Below, piece by piece: positions 1 through 11,055 of a DNA stretch of 64,000 nucleotides; the first letter of the stretch is position 1, and the number at the start of each line of letters is the position of its first letter. Source of the stretch: Octopus sinensis (taxonomy: Eukaryota). The notes under the pieces were generated by a model. That model was not told where the DNA came from. It ran no database searches and was given only the letters and a program-made list of their open reading frames with translations. The translations under genes and the position numbers were made by a program. Location of the stretch: assembly GCF_006345805.1 (NCBI RefSeq), contig NC_043010.1, positions 5,270,001-5,334,000 of the forward strand, in the 5' to 3' direction.

Positions 1-426
1 AAAAGTGTCATTGGTGTTTTGCAGAAAGCGCATCAAGCACACTTCAAAATGCCAAACGTTTTGATTTTCATTGAGCTCATGTGGTACCCCATTTATTGAG
101 CTTTTCACCTTACCAATCTTCTGCAAATTGCATGAAACCATTGCAACACTGACACCAAGTGCCTGAGACATTTCTCTGACACTTTGACATGGGATTTGTT
201 CAACAATTGCTTTCAATTGTTCATTGTAAAGATTGCACGAATGTCCTCTCCTTTCATCTTCAAGGCTGTCATCACCATTATGGGATTTCTGAAACCACCT
301 TCGTACTGTGCGATCACTTGTGGACCCCTCTCCCCATGCTCTGTTGATATTGGCAGCAGTTTGCAAGGCATTGTGCCCAAGCTTGAACTCCTGCAAGAAA
401 AGTAAGCGAAGGTCCTTTTTTGTCAT
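1..426 (-). pseudogene. Mariner transposase N-terminal HTH region (not in ORF track)
   Basis: Manual translation from ATG 426: MTKKDLRLLFLQEFKLGHNALQTAANINRAWGEGSTSDRTVRRWFQKSHNGDDSLEDE...SVREMSQALGVS...KIGKVKSSINGVPHELNENQ; no stop up to base 1; WVPHEL motif altered to GVPHEL. Confidence 0.9.
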
Positions 427-584
427 GTTCATAATAAAGGGGACCTATACTTCAAGAATGTTTTCTGTCTGAAATAAGGAGAAAATTATTAAAGAGCATA
501 CATCAATTAGTAAGTATGTCAAAATTCACCTAAAATATAATCAAAATACTACTTAGATCAGCCATTAATTTCGGAACAACCTAA
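1..584 (-). mobile_element. Mariner (Tc1/mariner) DNA transposon, 5' part; runs off window start
   Basis: Minus-strand terminus TA+TTAGGTTGTTCCGAAATTAATGG at 586-562 (mariner-type TIR with TA) upstream of a transposase ATG at 426. Confidence 0.9.
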
Positions 585-857
585 TAGAAGACACCTGGGC
601 ACAGGTGGCTGATAAAGCAGTCTGCTTGTTCAGGAAAGGTGAAGCCATTGTATCACAGGAGAGGAAGAATTGGCAAAACGATAAAAAGCAGTCGTATTTA
701 GTGTTGAACTGATGAGCAAAAGTTTACTAATTAAAATCAAATGATTTTCTTTTGGGGGACCACTGATATTAGTACTGCTACTACCACAACCATGAGGATG
801 ACGACAATGACGATAACAATCACTGCCACCACCACAACCACCAAAAGCTTCTGCTGA

Positions 858-899
<42 letters not shown>

Positions 900-914
900 C
901 ACTACTACTACTAG

Positions 915-954
<40 letters not shown>

Positions 955-1382
955 TTGCTGCTACTGCTGCTGCTACTACTACTACTACTACTGCTGCTGC
1001 TGCTACTACTACTACTACTACTATTACTAATTCTACTGCTACTACTACTACTACTACTACTCTTGCTGCTACTGCTGCTGCTACTACTACTACTACTACT
1101 ACTACTACTAATTCTACTGCTGCTACTGCTACTACTACTGCTGCTGCTGCTGCTACTACTACTACTACTACTGCTGCGCTGCTGCTACTACTACTACTAC
1201 TACTATTACTAATTCTACTGCTACTACTACTACTACTACTACTCTTGCTGCTACTGCTGCTGCTACTACTACTACTACTACTACTACTACTAATTCTACT
1301 GCTGCTACTGCTACTACTACTACTACTACTCTTGCTGCTACTACTACTGCTACTACTACTGTTGCTATTGCTGCTGCTGCTA
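858..1382. repeat. (CTA/CTG)n trinucleotide array with higher-order units
   Basis: Direct reading; interruptions TAATTCTA and CTCTTGCTG recur at roughly 80-180 bp spacing. Confidence 0.95.
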
Positions 1383-1466
1383 TGAGATGGCACTGCTATG
1401 TTCATGAATGCTCAGAGAACTGTCTGCTGTTTTACTATTGTTTGTGTATTACTCCTATTACCTTCC

Positions 1467-1497
<31 letters not shown>

Positions 1498-2017
1498 CTT
1501 TCTCTCTCTCTCTCTCACACACACACACACGCACACACATGCACACATACACATAAACACGCTTTTACTTCTTACTGTATCTCTTCTCCTGTCTCTCTCC
1601 ACCCCAGTTTCTATTTTTCTTTTCTGAGTTCATAGAGAAAGAATGAGTAGACGGAGAGAGAGGGGAAGGAAGAGAGAGGGAGAGAGAAGGGGTGAAAGAG
1701 AAAGAGAGAGACAGAGACAGAGACAGACAGACAGATAGAGAAAGGGAGAGAAAGAAGTAAATGGTTCAATATGAAAGTAGCAGGAGCGTCTGCGGAGTTC
1801 AGTTCATGTTTGTGTGTGTGCCTGCATGTCAACATGTGTGTATGTGTGTGCGTGTAGAGAGAGAGAGAGACAGAGAAAGAGACAGACAGACAGAGAGTAT
1901 GTCATCATCATCACAATCATCATTTAATGATGAGAGGGAAAAAGAAAGGGAGCAAGAGGTGAGGCTGGGAGGGAGAAACAGTAAAATTAACGAGAGATTA
2001 ACAGCAAAAGAGAAAGA

Positions 2018-2438
2018 GGCTGTGTGGTAAGTAGCTTGCTAACCAACCACATGGTTCCGGGTTCAGTCCCACTGCGTGGCATCTTGGGCAAGTGTCTTCT
2101 GCTATAGCCCCGGGCCGACCAATGCCTTGTGAGTGGATTTGGTAGACAGAAACTGAAAGAAGCCTGTCGTATATATGTATATATATATGTATGTGTGTGT
2201 GTTTGTGTGTCTGTGTTTGTCCCCCTAGCATTGCTTGACAACCAATGGTGGTGTGTTTACGTCCCCGTCACTTAGCAGTTCGGCAAAAAGAGACCGATAG
2301 AATAAGTACTGGGCTTACAAAGAATAAGTCCTGGGGTCGATTTGCTCGACTAAAGGCGGTGCTCCAGCATGGCCACAGTCAAATGACTGAAACAAGTAAA
2401 AGATAAAAGATAAAAGATAAAAGATAAAAGATAAAAGA
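2018..2438 (+). mobile_element. tRNA-derived SINE family A, near full length
   Basis: Head GGCTGTGTGGTAAGTAG (A-box-like)...GGTTCAGTCC (B-box-like), CORE-like CTTGGGCAAGTGTCTT, internal (TA)n(TG)n, 3' GGCGGTGCTCCAGCATGGCCACAGTCAAATGACTGAAAC and (AAAGAT)n tail; more than 10 copies in window. Confidence 0.9.
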
Positions 2439-2625
2439 TATAGGAATGAGATGAGGATGAGAGAGAGAGAGAGAGTAAGGAAAAGGATGATGATGGAGAG
2501 ACACATAATTAGACAGATGATGCACAAGGAGAAAGTGAGATAGCCAGATAGATGAATAATTAAAAAGAGAGAGTGAGTGAAAGAGAAAGTGGGGACAGAG
2601 AGAGTGAAGGAAAGAAAGAGAGAGA

Positions 2626-3432
2626 GATAGAATATTCTTTTCTACTCTAGGCACAAGGCCCGAAATTTTTGGGGAGGGGGTCAGTTGATTAGACTGACTC
2701 CAGTTTGCAACTGGTACTTAATTTTATCGACCCCGAAAGGATGAAAGGCAAAGTCGACCTCGGCGGAATTTGAACTCAGAACGTAAAGACAGATGAAATA
2801 CTTATTTCTTTACTACCCACAAGGGGCTAAACATGGAAGGGACAAACAAGGACAGACACACGGATTAAGTTGATTATACCGACCCCAGTGTGTAACTGGT
2901 ACTTATTTAATCGACCCCGAAAGGATGAAAGGCAAAGTTGACCTCGGCGGAATTTGAACTCAGAACGTAACGGCAGATGAAATACTGATAAGCATTTCTC
3001 CCAGCATGCTAACGTTTCTTATTTCTTTATTGCCCACAAGGGGCTAGAGGGGACAAACAAGGATGGACAATGGGATTAAGTCGATTACATCGACTCCAGT
3101 GTATAACTGGTACTTAATTTATCGCCCCCAAAAGGATGAAAGGCAAAGTCAACCTCGGCGGAATTTGAACTCAGAATGTAAAGACAGACGAAATACCTAT
3201 TTCTTTACTACCCACAAGGGTCTAAACACAGAGAGGACAAACAAGGGCAGACAAACGGATTAAGTCGATTATATTGACCCCAGTGCGTAACTGGTACTTA
3301 ATTTATCAACTCCGAAAGGATGAAAGGCAAAGTCGGCCTCGGCAGAATTTGAACTCAGAACGTTACAGCTGACAAAATACCGCTAAAGCATTTCGCCCAG
3401 TGTGCTAACATTTCAGCCAGCTCACTGCCTTG
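2626..3432 (-). mobile_element. Four head-to-tail units of SINE family B
   Basis: ACTGGTACTT..ATCGACCCCGAAAGGATGAAAGGCAAAGTCGACCTCGGCGGAATTTGAACTCAGAACG occurs four times; only the last unit has the complete tRNA-like head (GGCAGTGAGCTGGCTGAAATGTTAGCAC on minus). Confidence 0.9.
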
Positions 3433-3931
3433 AGAGATGGAATATTAGAGACAAAGTAAGCAAGAGACAAACTGGAAATGAAATAAAGGGAGATAATAAA
3501 AAGTTAGAGATGAAATGAAGTAAGAAAGAATTGAAAAGAGGATAACACGGAAGAATGAATGAAGAAATAATAGAATGGAAAGAGGAAGAGAGAGAGAGAA
3601 GAGATTAGTCTATGGTGAAAGAGAAAGAGGCTGCAGAAGATCTATTTGTTTCAGTTGTTAGACCATTCTGGAGCATTGTCATGAAAATTAATCAACTCAA
3701 TATTAGGGAGATTTTAAATTTGATAATTTTTCTGATTTCTTTTTGTCAAACCACAAGGTTACGAGAATTTAAAGAAACTACCACCGATTGTCCAGTTGTG
3801 GATATCAAAGATGTACATGCAGATACATAATGCAAACATATAAATATATAGAAGTCTATATAAATAAGCACACACACACACACATATACATATATAAACG
3901 TTATGTATGTATATATGTATATATATATATA

Positions 3932-4145
3932 CTTTATTTAAAAGCAGCAGAAGTATAACAAAGCTATTACTCAGAGTTTTACGTTCCCATTCGTCAGACA
4001 AAGCTGTCCAACGAACGTGAACGTGAAACTCTGAGTAACAGCTTTTGTTATAATTCTGCTGCTTTTAAATAAAGCATATTACTCTACCTCTGGTATTTGA
4101 GTACTCTTTTTTCCACCTTTTTTTACATTTATGTGCTTACTCTGG
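3932..4145. mobile_element. Penelope-like terminal-repeat fragment with inverted arms, in (TA)n
   Basis: Arms 3932-3986 and 4019-4074 are ~55-bp inverted repeats carrying hammerhead-like cores; (TA)n on both flanks. Confidence 0.65.
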
Positions 4146-4189
4146 TATATATATATATATATATATCCAGGACCCCCTTCGGTCACGAC

Positions 4190-4320
4190 ACTGACCATGG
4201 GATTGCACCTAGAAAGTTACCCTCCTAGTCACAAGTCTGGGCATGGTTGTTTATGGAAGACCAGCAGTCGCCCATGCATACCGGCCTCCCCTCTTCACGC
4301 CACCAGTGTTATCCAAGGTC
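4190..4320 (+). mobile_element. Possible RTE/BovB-type 5' UTR fragment
   Basis: GC-richer island after (TA)n (GGAAGACCAGCAGTCGCCCATGCATACCGGCCTCCCCTCTTCACGCCACC); family assignment from recalled similarity only. Confidence 0.35.
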
Positions 4321-4561
4321 TTTATAGGATTTCTGAGTCTGAGATAGATAGATGGATCTACGAATGGATGGATGGGTGGGCGGATGGACAGACAGACAGA
4401 CCAATGGATATATAGATAGATATAGATACACTTGAATGTATTTATGTATGTATAAAAAAATAAGTTAAGGCATGTATTAGAACAATATAGACAAATACAG
4501 GTACATCAAATGCCATACAACATAAATTCTTGAGTTTTATAAAAATTATCTCTGCCTCTAG

Positions 4562-4668
4562 AAGAAGATGTATCCCAATTACCTTGTGACAAGAAAGAAT
4601 ATCTCAAATTGAGAAAAGGAGATAATCACAAGAATGAAGATTTTCTCCAAAGTACACGTGCCAATAAG
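4562..4668 (+). CDS. Candidate internal exon of unknown gene (xEDVSQLPCDKKEYLKLRKGDNHKNEDFLQSTRANK)
   Basis: CTCTGCCTCTAG acceptor, 107 nt open frame, AAG|GTAAAG donor, non-repetitive; no homology recognised. Confidence 0.25.
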
Positions 4669-4834
4669 GTAAAGGACAGCCTTAGTGTCCAGACATAAGG
4701 TATAAATCATAGTTCTATGGCCATCATCAGCATGAAAAATGCCTGATCTGCAGTAGCCAGGGGACTTATACAAAAAGGAATTTATAAATGTATAAGTGTA
4801 TATGTACATGTATACATATATATGCATGGTGTGC

Positions 4835-5340
4835 ACCCAGCCCACTTATGCGTACCTTCCTTTCATTGGATACTGCTCTTGAAGACCTGTTGAGGCAAGT
4901 GAAATAGGAATCGAAATCAAATTTGATGACTGGCATCCGTGCTTGTGGAGCGCTAAGAGCACCATCTGAGTGGGATCGTTGCCAGAGCAGCTAACTGGTG
5001 TTCGTGCTGGTGGCACGTAAAAAGCACCATTCGAGCGTGATCGTTAACAGCGTCGCCTTACTGGCACTTGTACTGGTATGCAGGTGACACGTTAAAAAAA
5101 AACATGATTTCCAGGACCGTTGCCAGTACCGCCTGACTGGCCCTCGAGCCAGTGGCACATAAAAGTACCCACTACAATCTCAGAGTGGTTGGCATTAGGA
5201 AGTACATGAAGCTGTAGAAACTCTGCCAAATCAAGATTGGAGCCTGGTGCAGCCATCTGGTTTGCCAGTCCTCGGTCAAATCGTCCAACCCATGCTAGCA
5301 TGGGAAGCAGACGTTAAACGATGACGATGACGATGATGAT
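4835..5340 (+). mobile_element. Family C: 3' UTR/tail of an RTE-clade LINE (5'-truncated or non-autonomous)
   Basis: ~60-bp internal units (TGCCAG..CTGGC..GGTGGCACGTAAAAAGCACC), GAGTGGTTGGCATTAGGAAG, CCCATGCTAGCATGG..GACGTTAAACG and (ATG)n-like tail; same sequence follows the RTE stop codon at 14493. Confidence 0.8.
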
Positions 5341-5363
5341 ATATATATGTGTATATATGTAGA

Positions 5364-5617
5364 TCATCATCGTTTAACGTCCGTTCTTCATGCTAGCATG
5401 GGTTGGACGGTTCGACCGGGGATCTGGGAAGCCAGAAGGCTGCACCAGGCTCCAGTCTGATCTGACAGTGTTTCTACGGCTGGATGCCCTTCCTAACGCC
5501 AACCACTCTGTGAGTGTAGTGGGTGCTTTTTACATGCCACCTGCACAGGTGCCAGACGAGGCTGGCAAACAGCCACGATCGGATTGGTGCTTTCTACGTG
5601 CCACTGGCACGGAAGCC
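5364..5617 (-). mobile_element. Family C copy, opposite strand, tail-to-tail with 4835-5340
   Basis: CATCATCGTTTAACGTC..CATGCTAGCATGGG..GGATGCCCTTCCTAACGCCAACCACTC. Confidence 0.85.
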
Positions 5618-6330
5618 ATATGTGTATATATGTACATATGTGTATGTGTATAAATATATATATTGTATGATAGTAATTTTTGCCTTTTTTGCACCAACCT
5701 TCTTCACATTTTTTATGCATTTGTTTTTCTTATTTTCTTACTGTCCAGCATTCTTGTTCTTTAAAATAGATATAACAATTAAAGAGAGCCTGAAATATAG
5801 CTTTAAGATGCATTTTATAAATATGCCTGTTCAAGTGTCATAATAGCATGAAACTATTAGTAGCTCTTTTGGTTGTGTACTTAATTGATGTGTGTGTGTG
5901 TGTGCATATGTATGTATGTATGTATAACACACATACACACACACACACACACAGTAGGCTTCAGCAAAGTTTCTATGTACCAAATTCATACAGATATCTT
6001 TGGTTCACCTTTGGCTATAGTAAAAGACACTTGCTCAAGGTGCTGTGCAATGAAACAGAACCTGGAGCAGGTGATTGCAAAGTGAAACCATTTATGGCAT
6101 TGCTACACCTGCACCTTTACAACAAAATGAATTATTGAAAAGCAAAAATGGCACAGAATGAAATGGTTTATATGAGACTGAGAAAGAAAAAGAATGGCAA
6201 AATGAGAAGGAAAAAAATGAATGAGAGAAAGAAAATGTAGATGTTAACATGAATAAGAAGGAAAGAGCATGAAAGATGGAAAAAAGAACGAAAATGAAGG
6301 AAGAAGAAAGAGATTTATGAAGAAATAGAT

Positions 6331-6698
6331 GCAGGAGTGCTAAAAAGCTTGCTTCCCAACCATATGGTTGCAGGTTCAGTCCCACCGTGTGGCACCTTGG
6401 CTAGTGTCTTCTACTATAGCCTGAGGCCAACCAAAGCCTTGTGAGTGGATGTGATAGAGGGGAAACTGAAAGAAGCCCATCACACACATGTATATATATG
6501 TATTTGTGTGTCTGTGTCTGTCTCCCACTACCACCACCACCACCATCACTTGACACCAATGTTGGTGTGTTTACGTCCCTGTAACTTAGTGGTTTGGCAA
6601 AAATTGACTGATTGAATAAATATTAGGCTTACTAAGAATAAGTCCTGGGGTCGATTTGTTCGACTAAAGGCGGTGCTCCAGCATGGCCACAATCAAAA
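6331..6698 (+). mobile_element. SINE family A (older copy)
   Basis: Same head, CORE-like block and 3' block as 2018-2438, more diverged. Confidence 0.85.
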
Positions 6699-8040
6699 AT
6701 GAAGAGGAAAAGAGGAAGGTGGAGGAAAAGGAAGAGGAAAAGGATGAAGACGAAGGAGAGAAATAAGGAGGAGGAAAAGGAGGAGGAGGAGGAGGAGGAG
6801 AGGTAGGAGGAGGAAAAGGAGGAGGAGGAGAGGTAGGAGGAGGAAAAGGAGGAGGAGGAGAGGTAGGAGGAGGAAAAGGAGGAGGAGAGGTATGAGGAGG
6901 AAATGGAGGAGGAGGAGGAGGAGAAGAAGAAGGTGGAGACGGAGGAGGAAAAGGCGGTGCTTCAGCATGGCCACAATCAAAAGTATAAAAGCATAAATAT
7001 GTGTGGGCAAGAAGAAATGAGAAAGTGAAAGGAAAGACAGAAGAAGGAAATGGAGGAAGGAAAAGAGAGAAGAAAGGAGGGAGGGGAGAAAAGTGGAGAG
7101 AGAAAGGAGGGTGGGTGAGGAAGGAAGAGAGGAAAGATGGGAGGATGGAACGATGGATTGAAAGAAGAAAGGAATGAAAGAACGGATAAAGGCAGAAAGG
7201 AAGGAAGGAGAGAGAGAGGGAAAATGGAAGAACGGAAGGAAGAAAGGAAGAAAGGAAGAAAGGAATGAAAGTATGAATGGAGGACAAGAAGGAAGGACAG
7301 GAGGAAAGAAGGAAAAGTGAAAGAAAGGATGAAAGGAAGGATTAAAGGAAGAGTGAAAGAAAAAAAAATGAAGAATGATGAAAATAGAAAGAGAGAAATA
7401 ANNNNNNNNNNNNNNNNNNNNNNNNNNNNNNNNNNNNNNNNNNNNNNNNNNNNNNNNNNNNNNNNNNNNNNNNNNNNNNNNNNNNNNNNNNNNNNNNNNN
7501 NAGTATACATGAAATAATGAAAGAGAAAAAGAAGAAGAGAATGGTAAAAGGAAATAAGTATGAGGAGGAATGAAATATATGGAAATGAAGGATGTAAAAG
7601 ACGAAATAGAAAATGAAAGAAAGAAAGGATATGAAATTAGAGAAAAGATGGTCCAAATAAAGTAAAGAATAAGGAAAATATAAAAGAATGAGTGGAAGAA
7701 TAAAGTAAAGAAATATGGAAGAAATTACTAAGAAAGAAGCAAAGGAAAGTGAAAGTGAAAGTAGAGTAATGTGAGAGGAAGGGAGAGAACAGTAGAGGAA
7801 TAAAGTGACAGATAAATAGTGAGTGAATGAGTGAGAGGAGGAGGGAAAGGAAAGAGAAAGAGGTGAGTGAGTGAGAGAGCAAAATGAAAAAGTGTTATAG
7901 GATAGGTAAATAAATAAATAGATAGACTGGGAGAGAGAGAGAGAGAGGGTGGGTAGAGAGAGATGGAAGAAAATTAGATATAGACACATTCCAGTAGGGA
8001 GAGAGTTGAGAGAGAGAGAGCAAGGAATAGCAGGGCACCA
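6699..8040 (+). repeat. Long polypurine (GGA/GAA/GA-rich) low-complexity tract
   Basis: Strongly A/G-biased on plus strand for ~1.3 kb; includes an AGGAGGAGGAAAAGGAGGAGGAGGAGAGGT-type unit at 6770-6900. Confidence 0.9.
7402..7501. other. Assembly gap (100 N)
   Basis: Run of exactly 100 N, likely a placeholder of unknown true size. Confidence 1.
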
Positions 8041-8458
8041 CAAAGGTAGATAATTTTATACATACACACATTCACTTTCACAGACACAGACACACACACA
8101 CACACACACACAAACAGACTGGCAAACACATACCATATGTATATATAGATATATACATATCTTTGCTGTGCATGGCTGTGCTGAGGCACGAGTAAGGCTG
8201 TTTCCAGGTGCAGAGATAACTTTGTGACTCAGAAGTGTGTTTTGCAACAGTGTGTTCCAGGGTTCAGTCCCACTGCACAGCATCTTGAGCAAGTCTTTTC
8301 TACAATAGCTCCAGACCAATTAGTACTTTGTGAGCGAATTTGGTAAAAGGAAAACAAGCACTTGCTTGACAGAGACAGACACATACATACACACACACAT
8401 ATATACACATACATACATATATACATCTCATCCTCGTCGAGTGAATCTTATTTTCATA

Positions 8459-8872
8459 GGCGCAGGTGTGGCTGTGTGGTAAGTAGCTTGCTTACCGACC
8501 ACATGGTTCTGGGTTCAGTCCCACTGCATGGCACCTTGGGCAAGTGTCTTCTACTATAGCCTCGGGCCAACCAAAGCCTTGTGAGTGGATTATGTAGACG
8601 GAAACTGAAAAGAAGCCCGTTGTATATATGTATATATATATGTATGTATGTGTGTGTATATGTTTGTGTGTCTGTGTTTGTACCCCCACCATTGCTTGAC
8701 AACCGATGCTGGTGTGCTTACGTCCCCGTAACTTAGTGGTTCGGCAAAAGAGACTGATAGAATAAGTACTAGGCTTACAAAGAATACGTCCTGGGGTCAA
8801 TTTGCTCGACTAATGGTGGTGCTTCAGCATGGCTGCAGTCAAATGACTGAAACAAGTAAAAGAGTAAAGAGT
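8459..8872 (+). mobile_element. SINE family A, full length
   Basis: All family A blocks; tail AAAGAGTAAAGAGT. Confidence 0.9.
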
Positions 8873-9226
8873 ATACATACATACATACATACAACAAAGA
8901 ATACTGGCGGAACACTCCAATAAAAACATCGATTCAGTGCAAACATTACAGATCTAATATTGTTCTGTGGGACAAGGAACAGAAATCATGCATTGTTGTC
9001 CAGCAGATGTGAATATACAATCAAAAGTCTAGTGAAAAGAGAACATCTATGGTGAATTAATGTGGAACTTACAGCTTTTGTACCCTGACTGTTAATTCTC
9101 AATTGTACCTATCATCATAGGGGCATTAGGTTATGTACCTACAAATTTGCTCAAAAACCTTCAAATACTCAGTTTCATGGAAAAAGACCGAAAGAAACTA
9201 TTGTGGATTTTACAAAACCAAATCTA

Positions 9227-9793
9227 TTGGGTTGTCCGGAAAGTTTGTGCCAATTTATAGTAGCTTACATTTCGACTTATTTTAGAACATGGTTGAGTCC
9301 ATAAAATAGGATTTGACTACGCCTCCATTTAAAGTACAGTTTAAGCTATCTTTTCGTGGAAGAAGGTTTATGTTCCTATAACCTGTGTTAATTTTGTAAC
9401 CCTTTAAAATGGAGGATAAGAAAGTTCATTTTTGGCACTTGATGCTTTGGGAACCAGACAAAAATTGCTTCTGCTTGGCTGGGATGTGTTACCCCCACCC
9501 TCCATATTCGCCAGATATTGCTCCTTCAGATTTCCACTTATTCAGGTCTCTGCAGAATAGTCTTAATGGTAAAAATTTCAATTTCTTGGATGATATAAAA
9601 AGATACCTTGATGAATTCTTTGCCACGAAACCACCTCAGTTCTGGGAAGAGGGTATTTTTAAGTTAAAGGAAAGATGGGGATGCATTGTGCAACAAAATG
9701 GTTCATATTTGGTTGATTAAAATTACAATGGCAAGAATTTATTGACCTTTTTCTTTCCTTTAAAAATCAGCACAAACTTTCCAGACAACCCAA
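9227..9793 (+). mobile_element. Non-autonomous, internally deleted mariner, copy 1
   Basis: TA-flanked TIRs TTGGGTTGTCCGGAAAGTTTGTGCC / GCACAAACTTTCCAGACAACCCAA; MEDKKVHFWHLML fused to ...HPPYSPDIAPSDFHLFRSLQNSL...EEGIFKLKERW. Confidence 0.95.
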
Positions 9794-10199
9794 TATTAGT
9801 GGCACAGTTTTGAGATTTGTAAGACATTCACAAAATTCTCCATTTGAGATTCTTCTGTGAATAGATGCACATGCATGGGTGTATGCATTGAAAACCCAAC
9901 CAACACCCCAACTCAACCACATGTTTACAAACACCAGGAACTCTCTTAACTCAAAAAGTCTTGTCACTTTGTTAGCAACTGACTTGAAATCTCTCAAGAA
10001 AAACTTAAACTAAACTAAAAAAAAAAATACATACATGTAGTTATAAACATACATATACACATACAAACATGAGGTAGCAGGCTGAAACTTCAAAGTGAAT
10101 GTCACTCCTCTTCTTGGAAAAGTATAATAAGCACGTGCTCTACGAAAAAATATTGTGCGTTTCTTCACTTAATTGTTAAAATTTCTTTTTATTATAACT

Positions 10200-10331
10200 T
10201 AACACAAGCAAACAATACTTACACACACATATACGAGCACACGCCTGTGAGTGCGTGTGTGAGTGTGTCTGTGTGTGTTTGTGTGCGTGTGTGCATATTT
10301 GTGTATATGTGCGGGCATATATATATGCATG

Positions 10332-10422
<91 letters not shown>

Positions 10423-10958
10423 AGAGAGAGAGAGAGAGAGAGTGATATATATATATAGATATATATATATTGAGAGAGAGTGATATATATATATATATAC
10501 AAATATATTTGCATACGTGCATGTGTGCTTGTGTATGTATGTATGTGTGTATGTATGTGTGTGTGTGTGTGTATGTAAGCAATACTGTGAGAAATACTTT
10601 GATGGTTACTATTTCCCTGATCCATTTTGTGTTCCTTGTTTGTCTCCATTCTTGTAAAAGTTGCAAACACACATAAACAGAAATATGCACCATAACACAC
10701 TCACATGCAAATATTGGGACACAAACACACACACAGGCACACACGCACACACACGCAAACACACGCATATGTATACATAAATACATAGATGCATAAATGC
10801 AAACATGACATAGACACTAACATGTATATATGCAGATTTATAGACGCAGACTCAAATACGGACACATAAACAGTTACATAAGCACAAACACAAATACACA
10901 TATATACATGCACAGACATACACACAGATATGTATGCAGACACACATACAAAGACACA

Positions 10959-10998
<40 letters not shown>

Positions 10999-11016
10999 GA
11001 CATAGACACAGACACA

Positions 11017-11055
<39 letters not shown>

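Noticed and set aside
630-1405. Long poly-Ser/Leu/Val ORFs, and all His/Thr, Tyr/Ile, Met/Tyr/Val/Cys ORFs elsewhere in the track
   Set aside because: They are translations of microsatellites, which lack stops in several frames; no coding signal.
4200-4290. HDV-like ribozyme in the putative RTE 5' UTR fragment
   Set aside because: A P1-like pairing (GGATTG/CAAGTCT) and a P4-like stem exist, but I could not build P2 or a proper L3/J4-2. It needs a covariance search on the family consensus.
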